From Malacoraja senta (lineage: Eukaryota), in contig CM075993.1 of the NCBI GenBank assembly GCA_038087875.1, positions 8,806,001-8,870,000 of the forward strand: a DNA stretch of 64,000 bases, given 5' to 3'. Positions 1 to 13,209 of this stretch are shown piece by piece. The first letter of the stretch is position 1, and each line of letters begins with the position of its first letter. A program made the translations under genes and the position numbers. The notes under the pieces were generated by a model that did no database searches, was not told where the DNA came from, and saw only the letters and a program-made list of their open reading frames with translations.

Positions 1-954
1 GGTCAGCATGCTCTCTACTGTGCACCTGTAGAAGTTAGAGAGTCCTCCTTGACAAACCGACTCTCCGTAATCTTCTCAGGAAGTAGAGGCGCTGATGTGC
101 TTTCTTAATAATTGCATCAGTATTCTCGGACCAGGAAAGATCTTCAGAGATGTGCACGCCCAGGAATTTGAAGCTCTTGACCCTTTCAACCATCGACCCG
201 TTGATATAAACGGGACTGTGGATCCCCATCCTACTCCTTCCAAAGTCCACAATAAGTTCCTTGGTTTTGCTGGTGTTGAGGGCCAGGTTATTGTGCTGGC
301 ACCATATGGACAGTCGCTCGATCTCTCTTCTATACTCTGACTCATCCCCATCAGTGATACGTCCCACAACAGTGGTGTCGTCAGCGAACTTGATGATGGA
401 GTTCGCACTATGACCGGCTATGCAGGCATGAGTATAGAGTGAAAACAGCAGGGGGCTGAGCACGCAGCCTTGAGGTGCTCCCGTGCTGATTGTTATCGAG
501 TCTGACACATTTCCACCAATACGAACAGACCATGGTCTGTGAATGAGGAAGTCGAGGATCCAATTGCAGAGGGATGCGCAGAGACCCAGTTCTGCGAGTT
601 TGGTAACCAGCTTGGAGGGGATGATTGTATTAAATGTCGAGCTGTAATCAATGAATAACAGCCTGACATATGAGTTTTTGTTGTCCAAGTGGTCCAGAGC
701 GGAGTGGAGGGTCAGCGAGATCGCATCCACCGTTGATCTGTTGTGGCGGTTGGCAAACTGCAGTGGGTCCAGGTTTTTGTCGAGGTAGGAGTTGATTTGC
801 GCCATGACCAACCTCTCAAAGCACCTCATCACCACAGGCGTTAGTGCCACTGGTCGATAGTCATTGAGGCACGTCACCTTACTCTTCTTGGGCACTGGTT
901 TAATTGATGCCCTTTTGAAGCAGGTGGGAACCTCAGACCTCAGGTTGAAAATGT

Positions 955-1773
955 GGGCAAATGCAGTATCATGTGGATAAATGTGAGGTTATCCACTTTG
1001 GTGGCAAAAACAGGAAAGTAGACTATTATCTGAATGGTGGCCGATTAGGATAAGGGGAGATGCAACGAGATCTGGGTGTCATGGTACACCAGTCATTGAA
1101 AGTAGGCATGCAGGTGCAGCAGGCAGTGAAGAAAGCGAATGGTATGTTAGCATTCATAGCAAAAGGATTTGAGTATAAGAGCAGGGAGGTTCTACTGCAG
1201 TTGTACAGGGTCTTGGTGAGGCCACACCTGGAGTATTGCATACAGTTTTGGTCACCAAATCTGAGGAAAGACATTCTTGCCATAGAGGGAGTACAGAGAA
1301 GGTTCACCAGACTGATTCCTGGGATGGCAGGATTTTCATATGAAGAAGACTGGCTTGGACCCGCTAGAATTTAGAAGATTGAGGGGGGATCTTATAGAAA
1401 CTTACAAGATTCTTAAGGGGTTGGACAGGCTAGATGCAGGAAGATTGTTCCCGATGTTGGGGAAGTCCAGAACAAGGGGTCACAGTTTAAGGATAAGGGG
1501 GAAGTCTTTTAGGACCGAGATGAGAAAATCATTTTTCACACAGAGAGTGGTGAATCTGTGGAATTCTCTGCCACAGAAGGTAGTTGAGGCCAGTTCATTG
1601 GCTATATTTAAGAGGGAGTTAGATGTGGCCCTTGTGGCTAAAAGGATCCGGCGGTATGGAGAGAAGGCAGGTACAGGATACTGAGTTGGATGATCAGCCA
1701 TGATCATATTGAATGGCGGTGCAGGCTCGAAGGGCTGAATGGCCTACTCCTGCACCTATTTTCTATGTTTCTA
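955..1773 (+). mobile_element. CR1 LINE 3' fragment nested in Rex1
   Basis: LVRPHLEYCIQFWSP and RRLRGDLIETYKI motifs, 3' UTR and TTCTATGT tail; near-identical to the 3' part of the copy at 29858-31304. Confidence 0.92.
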
Positions 1774-1882
1774 TATCCATAAAAACTCCAGCCAGTTGGT
1801 CTGCACAGGTTTTTAGAACACGACCAGGTATACCATGAGGTTCAGGTGCTTTTCGAGGGTTCACCCCTCTGAAGGATTTTCT

Positions 1883-2901
1883 TTTTTTCTTTTTTAAATT
1901 TGTATTTATTAGGAGTACATTACATTACAACCAATTACATTAGTACTCGTCACGTATATTTTATTATAATTAATGTACTCCGTCATTTTTTTACACTAAT
2001 AAAGGGAAAGGATAAGATTGAAAGAAAGGAGAAAGTGAAGGAAAATAGTGAAAGTGTAAAAAACGTGACAACAAAAAAGAACAAAGACCCTATAAGAAAG
2101 AAATTAAAAAAAAAAAGAATTAAGAAATAGACCCTAAAAAAGAAGAAAAAAGAGAAAAACAAGTACTTTGTTGAAAGCATCATGCAAATAGAATATACCA
2201 ACTCTCCAGCTTTCATCCCCCCTTACCTGACCTCAGTTTTATTTGCACCCTATACTTGTAATAATTCTATAAATGCAGACCACGTCAGGTGGAAGTGATC
2301 TGGTTTACCTGCCAGGGGGAGTCTTATCTCTTCTAGGTGTAATGTTTCAAACATATTTGAAATCCACATATTTATAGTTGGTATTGGAGCGTTTTTCCAG
2401 AATTTTAAGATTAACTTTTTTCCAGTTATTAACCCATAGACTATTAATTTCTTTTGGAACACATTTAGTTCTGGACTATCTTACGTTGTTCCGAAGATAA
2501 TCCATTCTGCTTTGGGTATCAGTTTTATTTTAAATAATTTTGTAAAGATTTCAAAAATTTCAATCCAAAATTTTTGAATTTTTGTACAGAAAACAAATGA
2601 GTGCGCTATAGTAGCTTCTTGAGATTGACATTTATCACAAATGGATGATACATTTGGGAATTTTTTTATTAATTTTAGTTTTGGAATAATATAATCTATG
2701 TAAAATTTTAAATTGTATTAAAGTATGTCTTACATTAATCGAACATTTATGCACGTTTAGTAAATGTTCATTCCACCTTTCCTTTGAGATTTTAATAGCT
2801 AATTCTTGTTCCCAGTCTCTTCTAATACCTTCCGTAGATGGTATTTCTACATTTAAGATAATATTATACAAATATGATATTAAGTTTGCTGATTCTGCTT
2901 T
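1883..2901 (-). mobile_element. 5'-truncated L1-clade LINE with 13-bp TSD
   Basis: ORF2 C-terminus (IQFKILHRLYY, WSAFIELLQV), A-rich tail; TSD TGAAGGATTTTCT at 1870-1882 and 2902-2914; near-identical to 50721-51760. Confidence 0.92.
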
Positions 2902-3869
2902 TGAAGGATTTTCTGACGTTGGTCTCTGTGACTGAGACTGAAATACCATCACAGCAAATGGGGGCTTGGGAAGGCACATCGGTGTTCTCCCTGTCAAAGC
3001 GTGCGTAAAACGCATTGAGCTCACCAGGGAGTGATGTTTCGCCGACATTCGAGCTGCCTCCTGGTTTCGCCTTGTAGGAGGTGATTGCATTCAGGCCCTG
3101 CTGCTGAACATCTGTCTCATCCTCCAGTTTGGAGCAGAAGTCCCTTTTGGCCTTTTTGACGGCCTTACCAAGGTCATATCTGGACTTCTTGTAGACCACT
3201 GTATCCTCAGACATGAATGCCCAGTGTCTGGTCTTCAGAAGAGTGCGGATCTCAAAGTTCATCCAAGGTTTCTGATTGGGAAACACTCGGAAGGTTTTTG
3301 TAGGGATGCAGTCCTCCACACATTTCTTAATGAAGTCTGTAACGACTGTGGCGCATTCGTTCAAGTCTATTTTGCCGAGTCCTTGAACATTGCCCAGTCT
3401 ACAGACTCCAAACAGTCCTGTAGTTGTTCCTCTGCCCCCCCCCCCAGCTCTGTACTGTCCTCACCTCTGGGGGTGCGCTCTTTAATGCTGCCTGTAGGCA
3501 GGAAGAAGCAGCACCGCGGTATGGTCGGATTTACCAAAGTGAGGGCGAGGGATAGAGCGATAGGCATTCTTGATGGTGGTGTAGCATTGGTCGAGGGTGT
3601 TTGGTCCTCTGGTGCAGCAGGAGACATGTTGGTGGAAGTTAGGGAGTGATTTCTTTAGGTTTGCCTTATTGAAGTCCCCAGCAATGGTGGTAAATGCCTT
3701 GAGGAAAGACGTCTGGTGTTTGTTGACCACGGCGTGCAGCTCCTCCAGTGCCAGACGGACGTCTGCCTGGGGTGGGATGTAGACCGCGGTCAGGATGATG
3801 GAGGTGAATTCCCTTGGGAGGTAGAAGGGAATTCTACCTCCCAAGGGGATGTAACAGGATATAGATCAG

Positions 3870-4571
3870 TCAGATATCAGAATCAGAATCACACTTTATT
3901 CGCCAAGTATGTTTTGCAACATACGAGGAATTTCATTGGCCAGGTCAGTCATACAATTAAAAGCAACAGATCACAGTGACTTCTACACATTCCTCACTAT
4001 GATGGAAGGCGAAATAAAGTTCAGGTCCCTTCCCTTAGTTCTTCCTCGGTCGTAGGCAGCGAGCCTCCGTTGACGGGACGATCTTGACTCCCTTAGCCGG
4101 CGGCGATCGGGCCCTCTGCCTCGAGGCGATCCGCTCCCGCATCGGGGGAATGTCAGCTCCCCCGCGCTGGACGATCGAACCTCGCATCGTGGCTGGTCGA
4201 ACCTTCCGCCACGTTGGAGCTCCCAACTAGCCTCTCCCGACTGCGAGCTCTTGATGGTAAAGTCCGCGGTTGATGCGATCCCAGGCAAGGTATCAGCTCC
4301 GATGTTAAGTCCGCGCCCCGCGGTGGGCCTTACGACAGTCCGAGGAGGCTTCCAGCGATGGAAGGCCCAGAGCAAGACGGAGAATGTGATCCGAAAAATA
4401 ATCACATCTCCGGCAAGGTAGGGACTTGAAAAAAAGTTTCCCCCGATCCCCTCCCCCACATAAAACAAACTGAAGAACATTTAAACAAACTTTTAACACA
4501 CTAAAAAATAACAAAAATAATGGAAAAACAGACTGCTGGTAAGGCAGCCATCGCACCGGCGCCCCTGGTGG
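3870..4571 (-). mobile_element. GC-rich non-autonomous retroposon with Rex1-type tail
   Basis: AATAAA followed by (GATTCT)n tail on minus strand; CpG-rich non-coding body sharing motifs with 15853-16831 and 20183-21030. Confidence 0.55.
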
Positions 4572-4847
4572 TCAATATGGGAAAAGAAATAATAGATGCA
4601 AGTTTAATCTGAGCAGTTTGAGGTATTACACTTTATGAGATTAAATTTAAGAGGAAAGTATACAGTTCATGTCAAGTTTAGCTTAGTTTAGAACTACAGC
4701 ATTGTAACAGGCCCTTCAGCCCATCAAATCAATGCCAACTATTAATCTACTGTTCAAAGGATTTCTACATTATCCCACTTTCGCATCAAATCCCTACACA
4801 CCAGGGCCAATTTACAGACCACAGGGGGTTCACAGGGAGAACTCCAG

Positions 4848-6660
4848 TTTCAGTTTAGTTTATTGTCATGTGTACAGTGAAAAGCTTTTGTTGTGTGCTA
4901 TCCAGTCAGCAGAAAGACTATACATGATTATAATCGAGTCATTTAGTGTATAGATACATGATATGGGAATAACGTTTAGTGCAAGGTAAAGCCAGCCTGA
5001 TCTCAGCTGGGAAGAAACTGTCTCTGAATCTGGAGGTGTGCTTCTATACCATTTGCCTGATGGGAGTGGGGAAGAGGGAGTGGCCAGGGTGCAACTCGTC
5101 CTTGATTATGCTGCAGGCCTTACCGAGGTAGCGTGAGATATAAATGGAGTCAATAGAAGGGAGGTTGGCTTGTCTGGGCTGCGCCTACAATTCGCTGCAA
5201 TTTCTTGCCGTATTGCATGGAGCTATTCCCAAACGAAGCTGTGATGCATCCTGATAAAATGCTTTGTATGGTGCATCTGTAGAAGTTGGTGAGAGTTGTA
5301 GGGGACATGCCAAACTTCCTAAGCCTTCTAATGAAGTAGAGGCATTGGTGCGTTTTCTTGGTCATTGCTTCAATATTAGTCCAGGAGAAGTTGATATTGA
5401 CTCCTAGGAATTTGAAGTTTTCAACCATCTCTACTTTGGCACCGTCAATGCAAACTGTAGTATGTGTACTGCTTCGCATCCTGAAGTCGATCACTATTTC
5501 CCTTGCCTTGCTGACATTGAGAGAAAGGTTGTTGACTCGACACCAGGCCACAAGGTTGTCGATCTCCTTCTTATACTCTGTCTTATTTGATATCCGGCCC
5601 ACAATGGTGGCGTCGTTTTTGAGAATCTGAAAATGTAATTAGATTTGTATATGGCTGCACAGTCGTGGGAGTACAGGGAGTAAAGAAGCAGCTGAAAACG
5701 CACCTGTGTTGAGGATTATCGTAGAGGATGATTTGTCCCCTATCCTCAATGATTGGAGTGTGTTGGTCAGGAAGTCGAGGATCAAGTTACAGAGATGAGT
5801 GCTGATACCAAGTCCCGCCAATGTGGTGATAAGCTTGGATGGTTAATGGTATTAAAGGCGGAGCTGTAGTCTATTAATAGGTGTCAGAAGTAAGTGTCTC
5901 TCTTGTCCAGGTGTTCGTGATGAGTGTAGGGCTAGGGCAATGGCATCGGCCATGGACCTGTTGTGGCGGTAGTCAAACTGCAGTGGGTGAAGCCCACAGG
6001 GTAGACTGGATTTAGTGCGTTCCATAACTATGGATGTCAAGGCTACTGGACGGTTTTCGCTTAGGCATGAGGCATTGCTTTTCTTCAGCACTGGGATGAT
6101 GGTAGCTGGTCCGCACACCTACTAAGGGCACGGCCAGGGACTTCGTCTGGGCCAGTCGTTTTTCGTGGGTTTACCCTCAAGAAAGCCGATCTAACCTCTG
6201 CTACAGTCAACCTGGGGAGAGGCACACTGGAGTCTGAAGGGCCAGGTGACACTGTTGGCCTTCTGCTCGAAGCGAGCATAGAAAGCATTCAGTTCATCGG
6301 GTAGGGTCGCACTATCACCAATGATGTTGCCTGACCTTGTTTTGCAGCCAGTTATCTTATTCAGACCGTCCCACAATTCTCCATGTGTCCGAGTCATTCT
6401 ACTGGGACTCAAGTTTGTCCTGGTATTGCCTCTTGGCTTTTCCTGATGGCTTTGCGGAGATCATAGCTGGCCTTCTTGTACCGCTTGAGATTATTTGACT
6501 TGTGTGCAGCGGATCTGGCCTTAACCTGTGAATGTACCTCGCGGTTCATCCATGGTTTCCAGTTGAGGAACACTCGGATTGACTTCGTCAGCACACAGAC
6601 AGCACCTGAGGGTAAGATTGAACCTGTGTCTCTGGCACTGAGACAGCAGCTGTCCCAGCT
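4848..6660 (-). mobile_element. Decayed Rex1/Babar LINE
   Basis: Fragmented ORFs with [15 protein letters not shown] and KKTHQCLYFIRRLRKFG; 3' UTR near 4850-5050. Confidence 0.85.
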
Positions 6661-6729
6661 GTGCCGCCCAACATGGCAGGATACTTAACGGCACGATGTA
6701 CAGAGGAATCATGGGGTCCATGTCTATAG

Positions 6730-7110
6730 CTCCCTGAAAGTAGCAACACAAGTGGATGGAATGGTAAAAAAAGCATATGGTATGTTTGCTTTCATCGGTC
6801 AGGAGATTAAGGAAAAGAGCTAGGAAGTAAGGTTGCAGCTTTTTAGAACTACATCAGTCACATTTGTGGCATTGTGTCACCCCATGACAAGGACATGAAG
6901 AGGGTGCAGAAGAAGTTTACCATGATGCTGCCTGGATTAAGGGTGATCAGCTATAAGGAGAGCTTGGATAGACTTGGATTGTTTTCTCTGAAGTCTCAGA
7001 CGTTGAGGATCCAATAGATGATAATCAAATTATGAAGCATAGTTAGGGGAAACATTTTTCCAGGTGGAACCTTTTTTCCAGCGCGGAAATATAAAATACT
7101 ACAGGTCATA
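6730..7110 (+). mobile_element. Old CR1 3' fragment
   Basis: Degenerate AGGGTGCAGAAGAAGTTTACC...CCTGGATTA and TGGATAGACTTGGATTGTTTTCTCTG CR1 motifs. Confidence 0.65.
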
Positions 7111-7240
7111 CAAAAAAATTTAAATATAAAGGGAGAGGTGATGGGGGAGAACAAAGGAGGAGCCGTCGGGGTTACTTTGTAACTTTTTCAGCGCTGTATG
7201 TGGCGACTATTTGCATACCTTGCCAGCAAAGAATGTCACA

Positions 7241-7272
7241 TCTATCTCTATACCTATAAAAGTCTGATCGTT

Positions 7273-7312
<40 letters not shown>

Positions 7313-7620
7313 TGTATTCATTGTATGTTCCTCAAAACGCTACGCGCTAACGCTTACATTTTTACATATTCTTACTCACATTTTTCCCCTCCGCGACCTC
7401 ATCAGGTTCACTTCAGATTTCATGCTCCATTTCAAAAGTTATTCGCGATTAAAGTTAAAAAAAAGCCAAAAACTGCTTCTCACAGCCTTTTTCCAGCAGC
7501 TTCAAATGATGATGTCAATGCAACTCAGTGCACCAATCACAATTGGCTCTCAGGCTGCCGAATGCCACAATGACATCACAATGGGACGTTGCCAACGGCA
7601 ACAGCTGAAGGAGAGGTTGC
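7241..7620 (+). mobile_element. Helitron-like non-autonomous element, 5' part
   Basis: Begins TCTATCTCTATACCTATAAAAGTCTGATC followed by (TG)n; homologous to 5' ends at 17116, 53105, 59280 and minus copies ending at 28340 and ~31555. No 3' end recognised. Confidence 0.6.
7277..7311. repeat. (TG)n microsatellite
   Basis: About 17 perfect TG units. Confidence 0.95.
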
Positions 7621-8416
7621 CAAAGCAGGCCCTGTCGGGGGGGGGGGGGGGGGAAGGGGGGGGGTGGGGGCACCGAGTGCCATTTGGCATGAGCCTCATG
7701 TCTGTCTGCTTGAAAGGGATCTTGATTTGGGGGCCTCTAAAATTGGGTGGTCTCTGCTTGATCTTGGTTTGGGGGCCCATAAAATTGAAATTGGCCTGGG
7801 CCTCAGTTCATCTAGGAGAGGGCCTGGCCCAAAGCTGCCATAGAGAGAGGGAGAGAATATCTGAAGGGGCTGCTCCTCAAGTTCTGGTTGTATTTTATAA
7901 CCACGATCCTGGTGTTTGGACACAAGGCAGGGAGTGGGGAGGGCCGATCGGGGGGTGGGGGGGGGGGGGGTGGATCTCCCTGTCGGTTTGCTCCTGGGCC
8001 TGGCCAAGATGCACATTCGCATGTCCCCCCCCCCCCCCACCTCTGGCAATGAAGATGGTAGAAACTAGGCAGCAAAGTTACAAATTGAAGTGAGAGAAAA
8101 TCACAGCCAGTGAGAGGTTAGCATCTGACTCCAATTATAAATCGCACATGTGGCAGAGCCAAAAGAGATTCAAAATAGAATACAGCAATTTCTGATAAAA
8201 TCATGGAGCTCCACACAAGCCATAGATCATCTACTAAGCTTTTCTACAGCACTCAAATGCCCAGATTTGGCAGCACCAACAACTATAGCCATGAGGAATA
8301 GTAGACTGAAAACAATAAAGAAAAAGATCATGGATTGTGATACTTGCACTCATTTAGGTGTAAGGTGGCATAATGATAATGTTTAAAAAAAAGAACTGCA
8401 GATGCTGGTTAATACA

Positions 8417-9872
8417 GATTCAGATTCAGATTCAGATTCAACTTTATTGTCATTGTGCAGTGTACAGTACAGAGACAACGAAATGCAGTTAGCATCTCCC
8501 TAGAAGAGCGACATAAATATGAGCAGTAAATAAATAAATCTAATAAATCCTGGTGGGAGGAGTGTCCGGGGGGGGGGTGATTGGCAGTCACCGAGGTACA
8601 GTGTTGAGTAGTGTGACCGCCGCAGGGAAGAAGCTGTTCCTGGACCTGCTGGTCCGGCAACGGAGAGACCTGTAGCGCCTCCCGGATGGCAGGAGGGTAA
8701 ACAGTCTGTGGTTGGGGTGAGAGCAGTCCTTGGCGATGCTGAGCACCCTTCGCAGACAACGCTTGCTTTGGACAGACTCAATGGTGGGGAGTGAGGAACC
8801 GGTGATGCGTTGGGCAATTTTCACCACCCTCTGCAGTGCTTTCCGGTCGGAGACAGAGCAGTTGCCATACCATACTGTGATGCAGTTGGTAAGGATGCTC
8901 TCGATGGTGCAGCGGTAGAAGTTCACCAGAATCCGAGGAGACAGATGGACCTTCTTTAGTCTCCTCAGGAAGAAAAGACGCTGGTGAGCCTTCTTGACCA
9001 GAGTTGAGGTATTGTTGGTCCAAGAGAGGTCATCGGAGATGTTGACCCCCAGGAACCTGAAGCTGGAAACACGTTCCACCTCCCTCCCGTTAATGTGGAT
9101 GGGGGTGTGCATGCCGCCCCAAGACTTCCTGAAGTCTACAATGAGCTCCTTGGTCTTCTTGGAGTTAAGGGCCAGGTTGTTGTCAGCGCACCATGCTGCT
9201 AGGAGCTGGACCTCCTCCCTATAGGCCGACTCATCGTTGTTGCTGATGAGGCCAATCACCGTTGTATCATCTGCATACTTGGTGATGGTGTTAGTACCAT
9301 GTACAGGTGTGCAGTCGTAGGTGAAGAGGGAGTAGAGGAGGGGGCTCAGCACACAGCCCTGTGGAACGCCGGTGTTCAGGGTGAGGGTTGAAGAGGTGTG
9401 CTTGTCTAACCTAACAGACTGGGGTCTGTTGGTTAGAAAGTCCAGTATCCAGTTGCAGAGGGAGGGGTCGATGCCCAGGTCACCGAGTTTGGTGATCAGT
9501 TTAGAGGGTATGATGGTGTTGAATGCTGAGCTGTAATCGATGAACAGCATTCTTACGTGTCTCTGTTGTCGAGGTGGGAGAGGGCGGAGTGAAGTGCCGT
9601 TGAGATGGCATCCTCCGTACTCCTGTTCTTGCGGTAGGCAAACTGATAGGGATCCAACGTGGGGGGTAGGCAGCCTTTGAGGTGTGCCAGGACCAGCCTC
9701 TCGAAGCACTTGGCGATGATGGGAGTAAGTGCAACTGGGCGGAAGTCGTTGAGGCTTGCCGCAGTGGAGTGTTTTGGCACCGGCACGATGGAGGTGGATT
9801 TAAGGCACGTGGGCACAACTGCTTGGGCAAGTGACAGGTTGAAGATGTCAGTCCAGACGTCTGTCAGCACAC
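8417..9872 (-). mobile_element. Young 5'-truncated Rex1/Babar LINE (RT to 3' tail)
   Basis: ORFs 9553-10011 and 8588-9709 (one frameshift): [34 protein letters not shown]; (CTGAAT)n tail; inserted into a Penelope-derived repeat, with AATACA on both sides. Confidence 0.92.
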
Positions 9873-9919
9873 AATACACATAACAACACAAAGTTGAGAG
9901 GGAGAAGATTAAATCAGAT

Positions 9920-10100
9920 GTAGACACAAAATGCTGGAGTGACTCAGCGGGACAGGCGGCATCTCTGGAGAGAAGGAATGGGTGAAGTTTTGGACCCGAA
10001 ACGTCACCCATTCCTTCTCTCTAGAGATGCCGCCTGTCCCGCTGAGTTACTCCAGCATTTTGTGTCCACCTTCGATTTAAACCAGCATCTGCAGTTCCTT
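9920..10100. repeat. Penelope pLTR-derived fold-back repeat
   Basis: GTAGACACAAAATGCTGGAG...GGGTGA arm followed by its reverse complement. Confidence 0.8.
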
Positions 10101-10316
10101 CTTAAACATGAAATCATGTCGGTATTACTGTTGAGTAATGGTAACTACAAAGGCATGATGGAGTCGCTGGCTAAAGCTGATTGGAAAGGTACCCTCGCAG
10201 GAATGACGGTGGAGCAGCAATGGCAGGAGATTCTGGGAGTAATTCGGAGGACACGGGATCTTTTCATCCCAAAGAGGAAGGCAAGATTGGATTTGAGTGA
10301 TGTAATGGTGGAAGTG

Positions 10317-10421
10317 CTAGAAACTAGTATCGGTTCCACTTAAGGACAGAATCCCAGATGTATCAAACTAGAAACTAGTATCTGTTCCACTTAAGGACAG
10401 AATCCCAGATGTATCAAACTA
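10317..10421. repeat. 51-bp tandem duplication (2 copies)
   Basis: AGAAACTAGTATC(G/T)GTTCCACTTAAGGACAGAATCCCAGATGTATCAAACT occurs twice. Confidence 0.9.
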
Positions 10422-10889
10422 AAAACTCTTTCAACTTGTTTTTGTGCAGCTGTCCATTATATTTCCAAATTCAAACAAAGAAACAATGAATCCAAAGGAA
10501 AACAAACCAATGAATGCAAGACTGAGAAGCAAAAGAAGGGCAATAGGGAAACCATGACTGCCAAAAATTTGAAAAAGGAAAATGTTTTAATAAAGTACAT
10601 ATGAAACGTCCACTCTCAGAGGGCAGCCCTCAATAAAAACACTGATACTGAGCCTCTTATTTATAAAAGTTGTGGCTATCCCTGGACTAATCTAATGCCA
10701 ATCATTCTTTTAGTTGTTAAACACTGGAACATCACCATAAAAAATGTGAAAGTATAATAAAAACCTTATTGTCAGGAACAAATACAGCTGGAGCAGAGAC
10801 CATGGGTTACTTTGCAAGCCTTGAGGGATTGTGTCCATATAAAAATAAGCAGTCTTACTCCATAGATGAGCACAAAGATCCAGGCTGAA

Positions 10890-11352
10890 AGACAGTCGAG
10901 GAGGCCCAGGACAGAAAGGTCAGTATGGGAATGGAAGATGGAATTAAAGTGTTTAGCAACATGAAGATCAGATAGGTCCAGGCAGACTGAGCTAAGGTGT
11001 TCAGCGAAACGATCGGCGAGCCTGTGCTTGGACCTATCGATGTATAAGAGTCCACATCTTGAACAACGGGGTGTTTGGGTGGGAAGGTGGGAAAAAATGT
11101 TAACCAGGGTGGGAAGAAGTGTGGTCCAGATAGCTGTGGGAGTCAGTAGGTTTATAATAGATAATTTATTATAACAATGAACCATTCTACATTTCCTTGC
11201 TCCCCATCTGCTTTGATCTGTCATTTTCACACCTTGCCCTTCCATATCTATAGTTTCTCTTTCGCCTGACTCCAGTCTGAAGAAGGGTCTCGAGCCAAAC
11301 CATCACTTATTCCTTCTCTCGAGAGATGCAGCCTGTATCGCTGAGTTACTCT
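10890..11352. mobile_element. Penelope-like fragments (GIY-YIG piece on minus strand, pLTR tail on plus strand)
   Basis: RCSRCGLLYI..SKHRLADRFAEH..VAKHFN on minus strand; CTGAAGAAGGGTCTCG tail at ~11277. Confidence 0.75.
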
Positions 11353-11589
11353 AATATATTAATTTTCAAAACTAAAACAAAAATTATAGCAGAACGCTAT
11401 AAAATTCATTATACACCCCACAGTCCTTGATCACTAGAGGAATGCAGCTTAACAATATGTATATTAGCCAAATTGTTGATATATTGTGCCTGAAAGAAGT
11501 TGCACGATCTACCTTTATTCAAACTCCTATACAAGGGAAATGTACAAATGTATTCTAGCCATGGGAATTTTGGAAGTTAAAACTATAAA

Positions 11590-12250
11590 TGATTCTAACT
11601 TGAGGCATCAAAAATATAAAGTTAGCATGCAGGTGCAGCAAGTAATTAAGAAGGCAAATGACATGCTGACATGTTGATAAGGAACTAGAACAAAAATAGA
11701 GAAGTATTATTACAATTGTACAAAGTGTTGGTGAGGCTGCATCTCAAGTACTGTGCACAAACAAGGTCCCTCATTTAAGAGCGAATATACTAGAATAGTG
11801 ACTGTCCAGAATAGTTGCACCAGGCTAATGCTTGGGATGAGAGAGCTGACCTGTTGTGAACAGCTAAGAAAGTCAGATCTGTATTTTCTGAAGGCAAGAA
11901 GAATGATTGGTAATCTTATCTAAATATATAAGATACTAAGAGGGCATCCTGGGTAGATGTTATGTTTCCACTTGTGGGAAAGCCTTGAATGAAGAGCCAT
12001 AATTAAATGACAGGGACCAGACATTTAAAACTGAGATGGATATGAATCTTCAGTGTCTGCTACCTCAAAGGTTTTTAGAGGCTAGGATACTGGAGGTATC
12101 TTTTTTTTGAAAGTTTAGGCAAATGAAGGCTTTGTGGAACTGACACACATGAGGCGTTGAGACCTGGAACAGATCAGCCATCACCATATTGAATGGCAGG
12201 GAAGGCTTGACAAGCCAGATGGCTCTTTTCCTATTTTCTCGCTGTTTCTA
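11590..12250 (+). mobile_element. Old CR1 3' fragment
   Basis: KVSMQVQQVIKKAN motif and decayed 3' UTR (GATCAGCCAT...TTGAATGGC). Confidence 0.75.
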
Positions 12251-13209
12251 GTGCTCTTCCTTCCTCACGTTCATATTGTGGATTTCAAAATGCTGGCAAG
12301 CCTTAGAATTATGGGATTGCAATCAGAAATACTTTCAAATGTTACAATTGGCCAATGATGTGCACACGAGGATTACTCTTACAGAGTTACAGAGTCATAC
12401 AGCACAGAAACAGGCCCTTTGGTCCGACTTGTCCAAGCTAACCATTCAATTTTAGGCAATGTTAGTTGATGCGTACATGTATTATTGGGATGTCCCTTAA
12501 ATCTTCTGTAGTTTGATGTGGTCTATGTAGCAATTGGTACCCTTGGTGTTTATATTGAAAACCATTTTTGTTTTGCTGTGCTTTTAAGCTACTGTACGTT
12601 GATTTTTCCCCATTGTTTAAGGATTAGCAAAGTGCACAATTCCTACGAACACTTTTACAGAACCACCAGCATGTGTGAATTTATGGTGATCATATTCCAG
12701 TATGACATTTATGCTTTTTGCCTATTTTTTATTACTGAGAAGTAATTTTAAACCTTCAAAAGCTGCAGCAATGCTTCCCACTCAAAAAAGATTTTAAATT
12801 CTGCTTTGTTATTTTCCGTAGCTCCTCCAATGATGAATTTTTAATGAAAAAAAACTTACAATTTCTTGCACCTAACCAAAGTTTGAATAAAAAAACAATT
12901 GATAGCAAGTGGCTAAATCACTTGGCATTTAATACATTATCTTAATTTTTTCCTTGATTAAAACCAAAATGTTAATTGGACAAAAAAAGACACAAGGGTC
13001 AGGCAGCAAATAAGACACTAAAAGCTGGAGTAACTCAGCGGGTCAGGCAGCATCTGTAGAGAACATGCATTGTTGACGTTTCAGGTCAGGACACTTCTTT
13101 GGAATTTCAGAATCTACCAAATTGAAAATAATTTGTTCTGATGATTATTTGCTTCAGAAGATACTGGTCTATTGCATATAATGCTTACATATAAATATAT
13201 AAAATAGTA

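Larger units (their letters stand above)
1..3831 (-). mobile_element. Rex1/Babar LINE (endonuclease part plus RT), split by CR1 and L1 insertions; runs off window start
   Basis: ORF 35-895 has [38 protein letters not shown]. Continues at 1774-1882 ([14 protein letters not shown]) and 2902-3831 (NQKPWMN, PFYLPREFTSIILTAVYIPPQA). Confidence 0.9.

Noticed and set aside
7272..8093. 273-aa ORF as a novel gene
   Set aside because: Non-ATG start, built from (TG)n and poly-G/C runs within a repeat; no domain.
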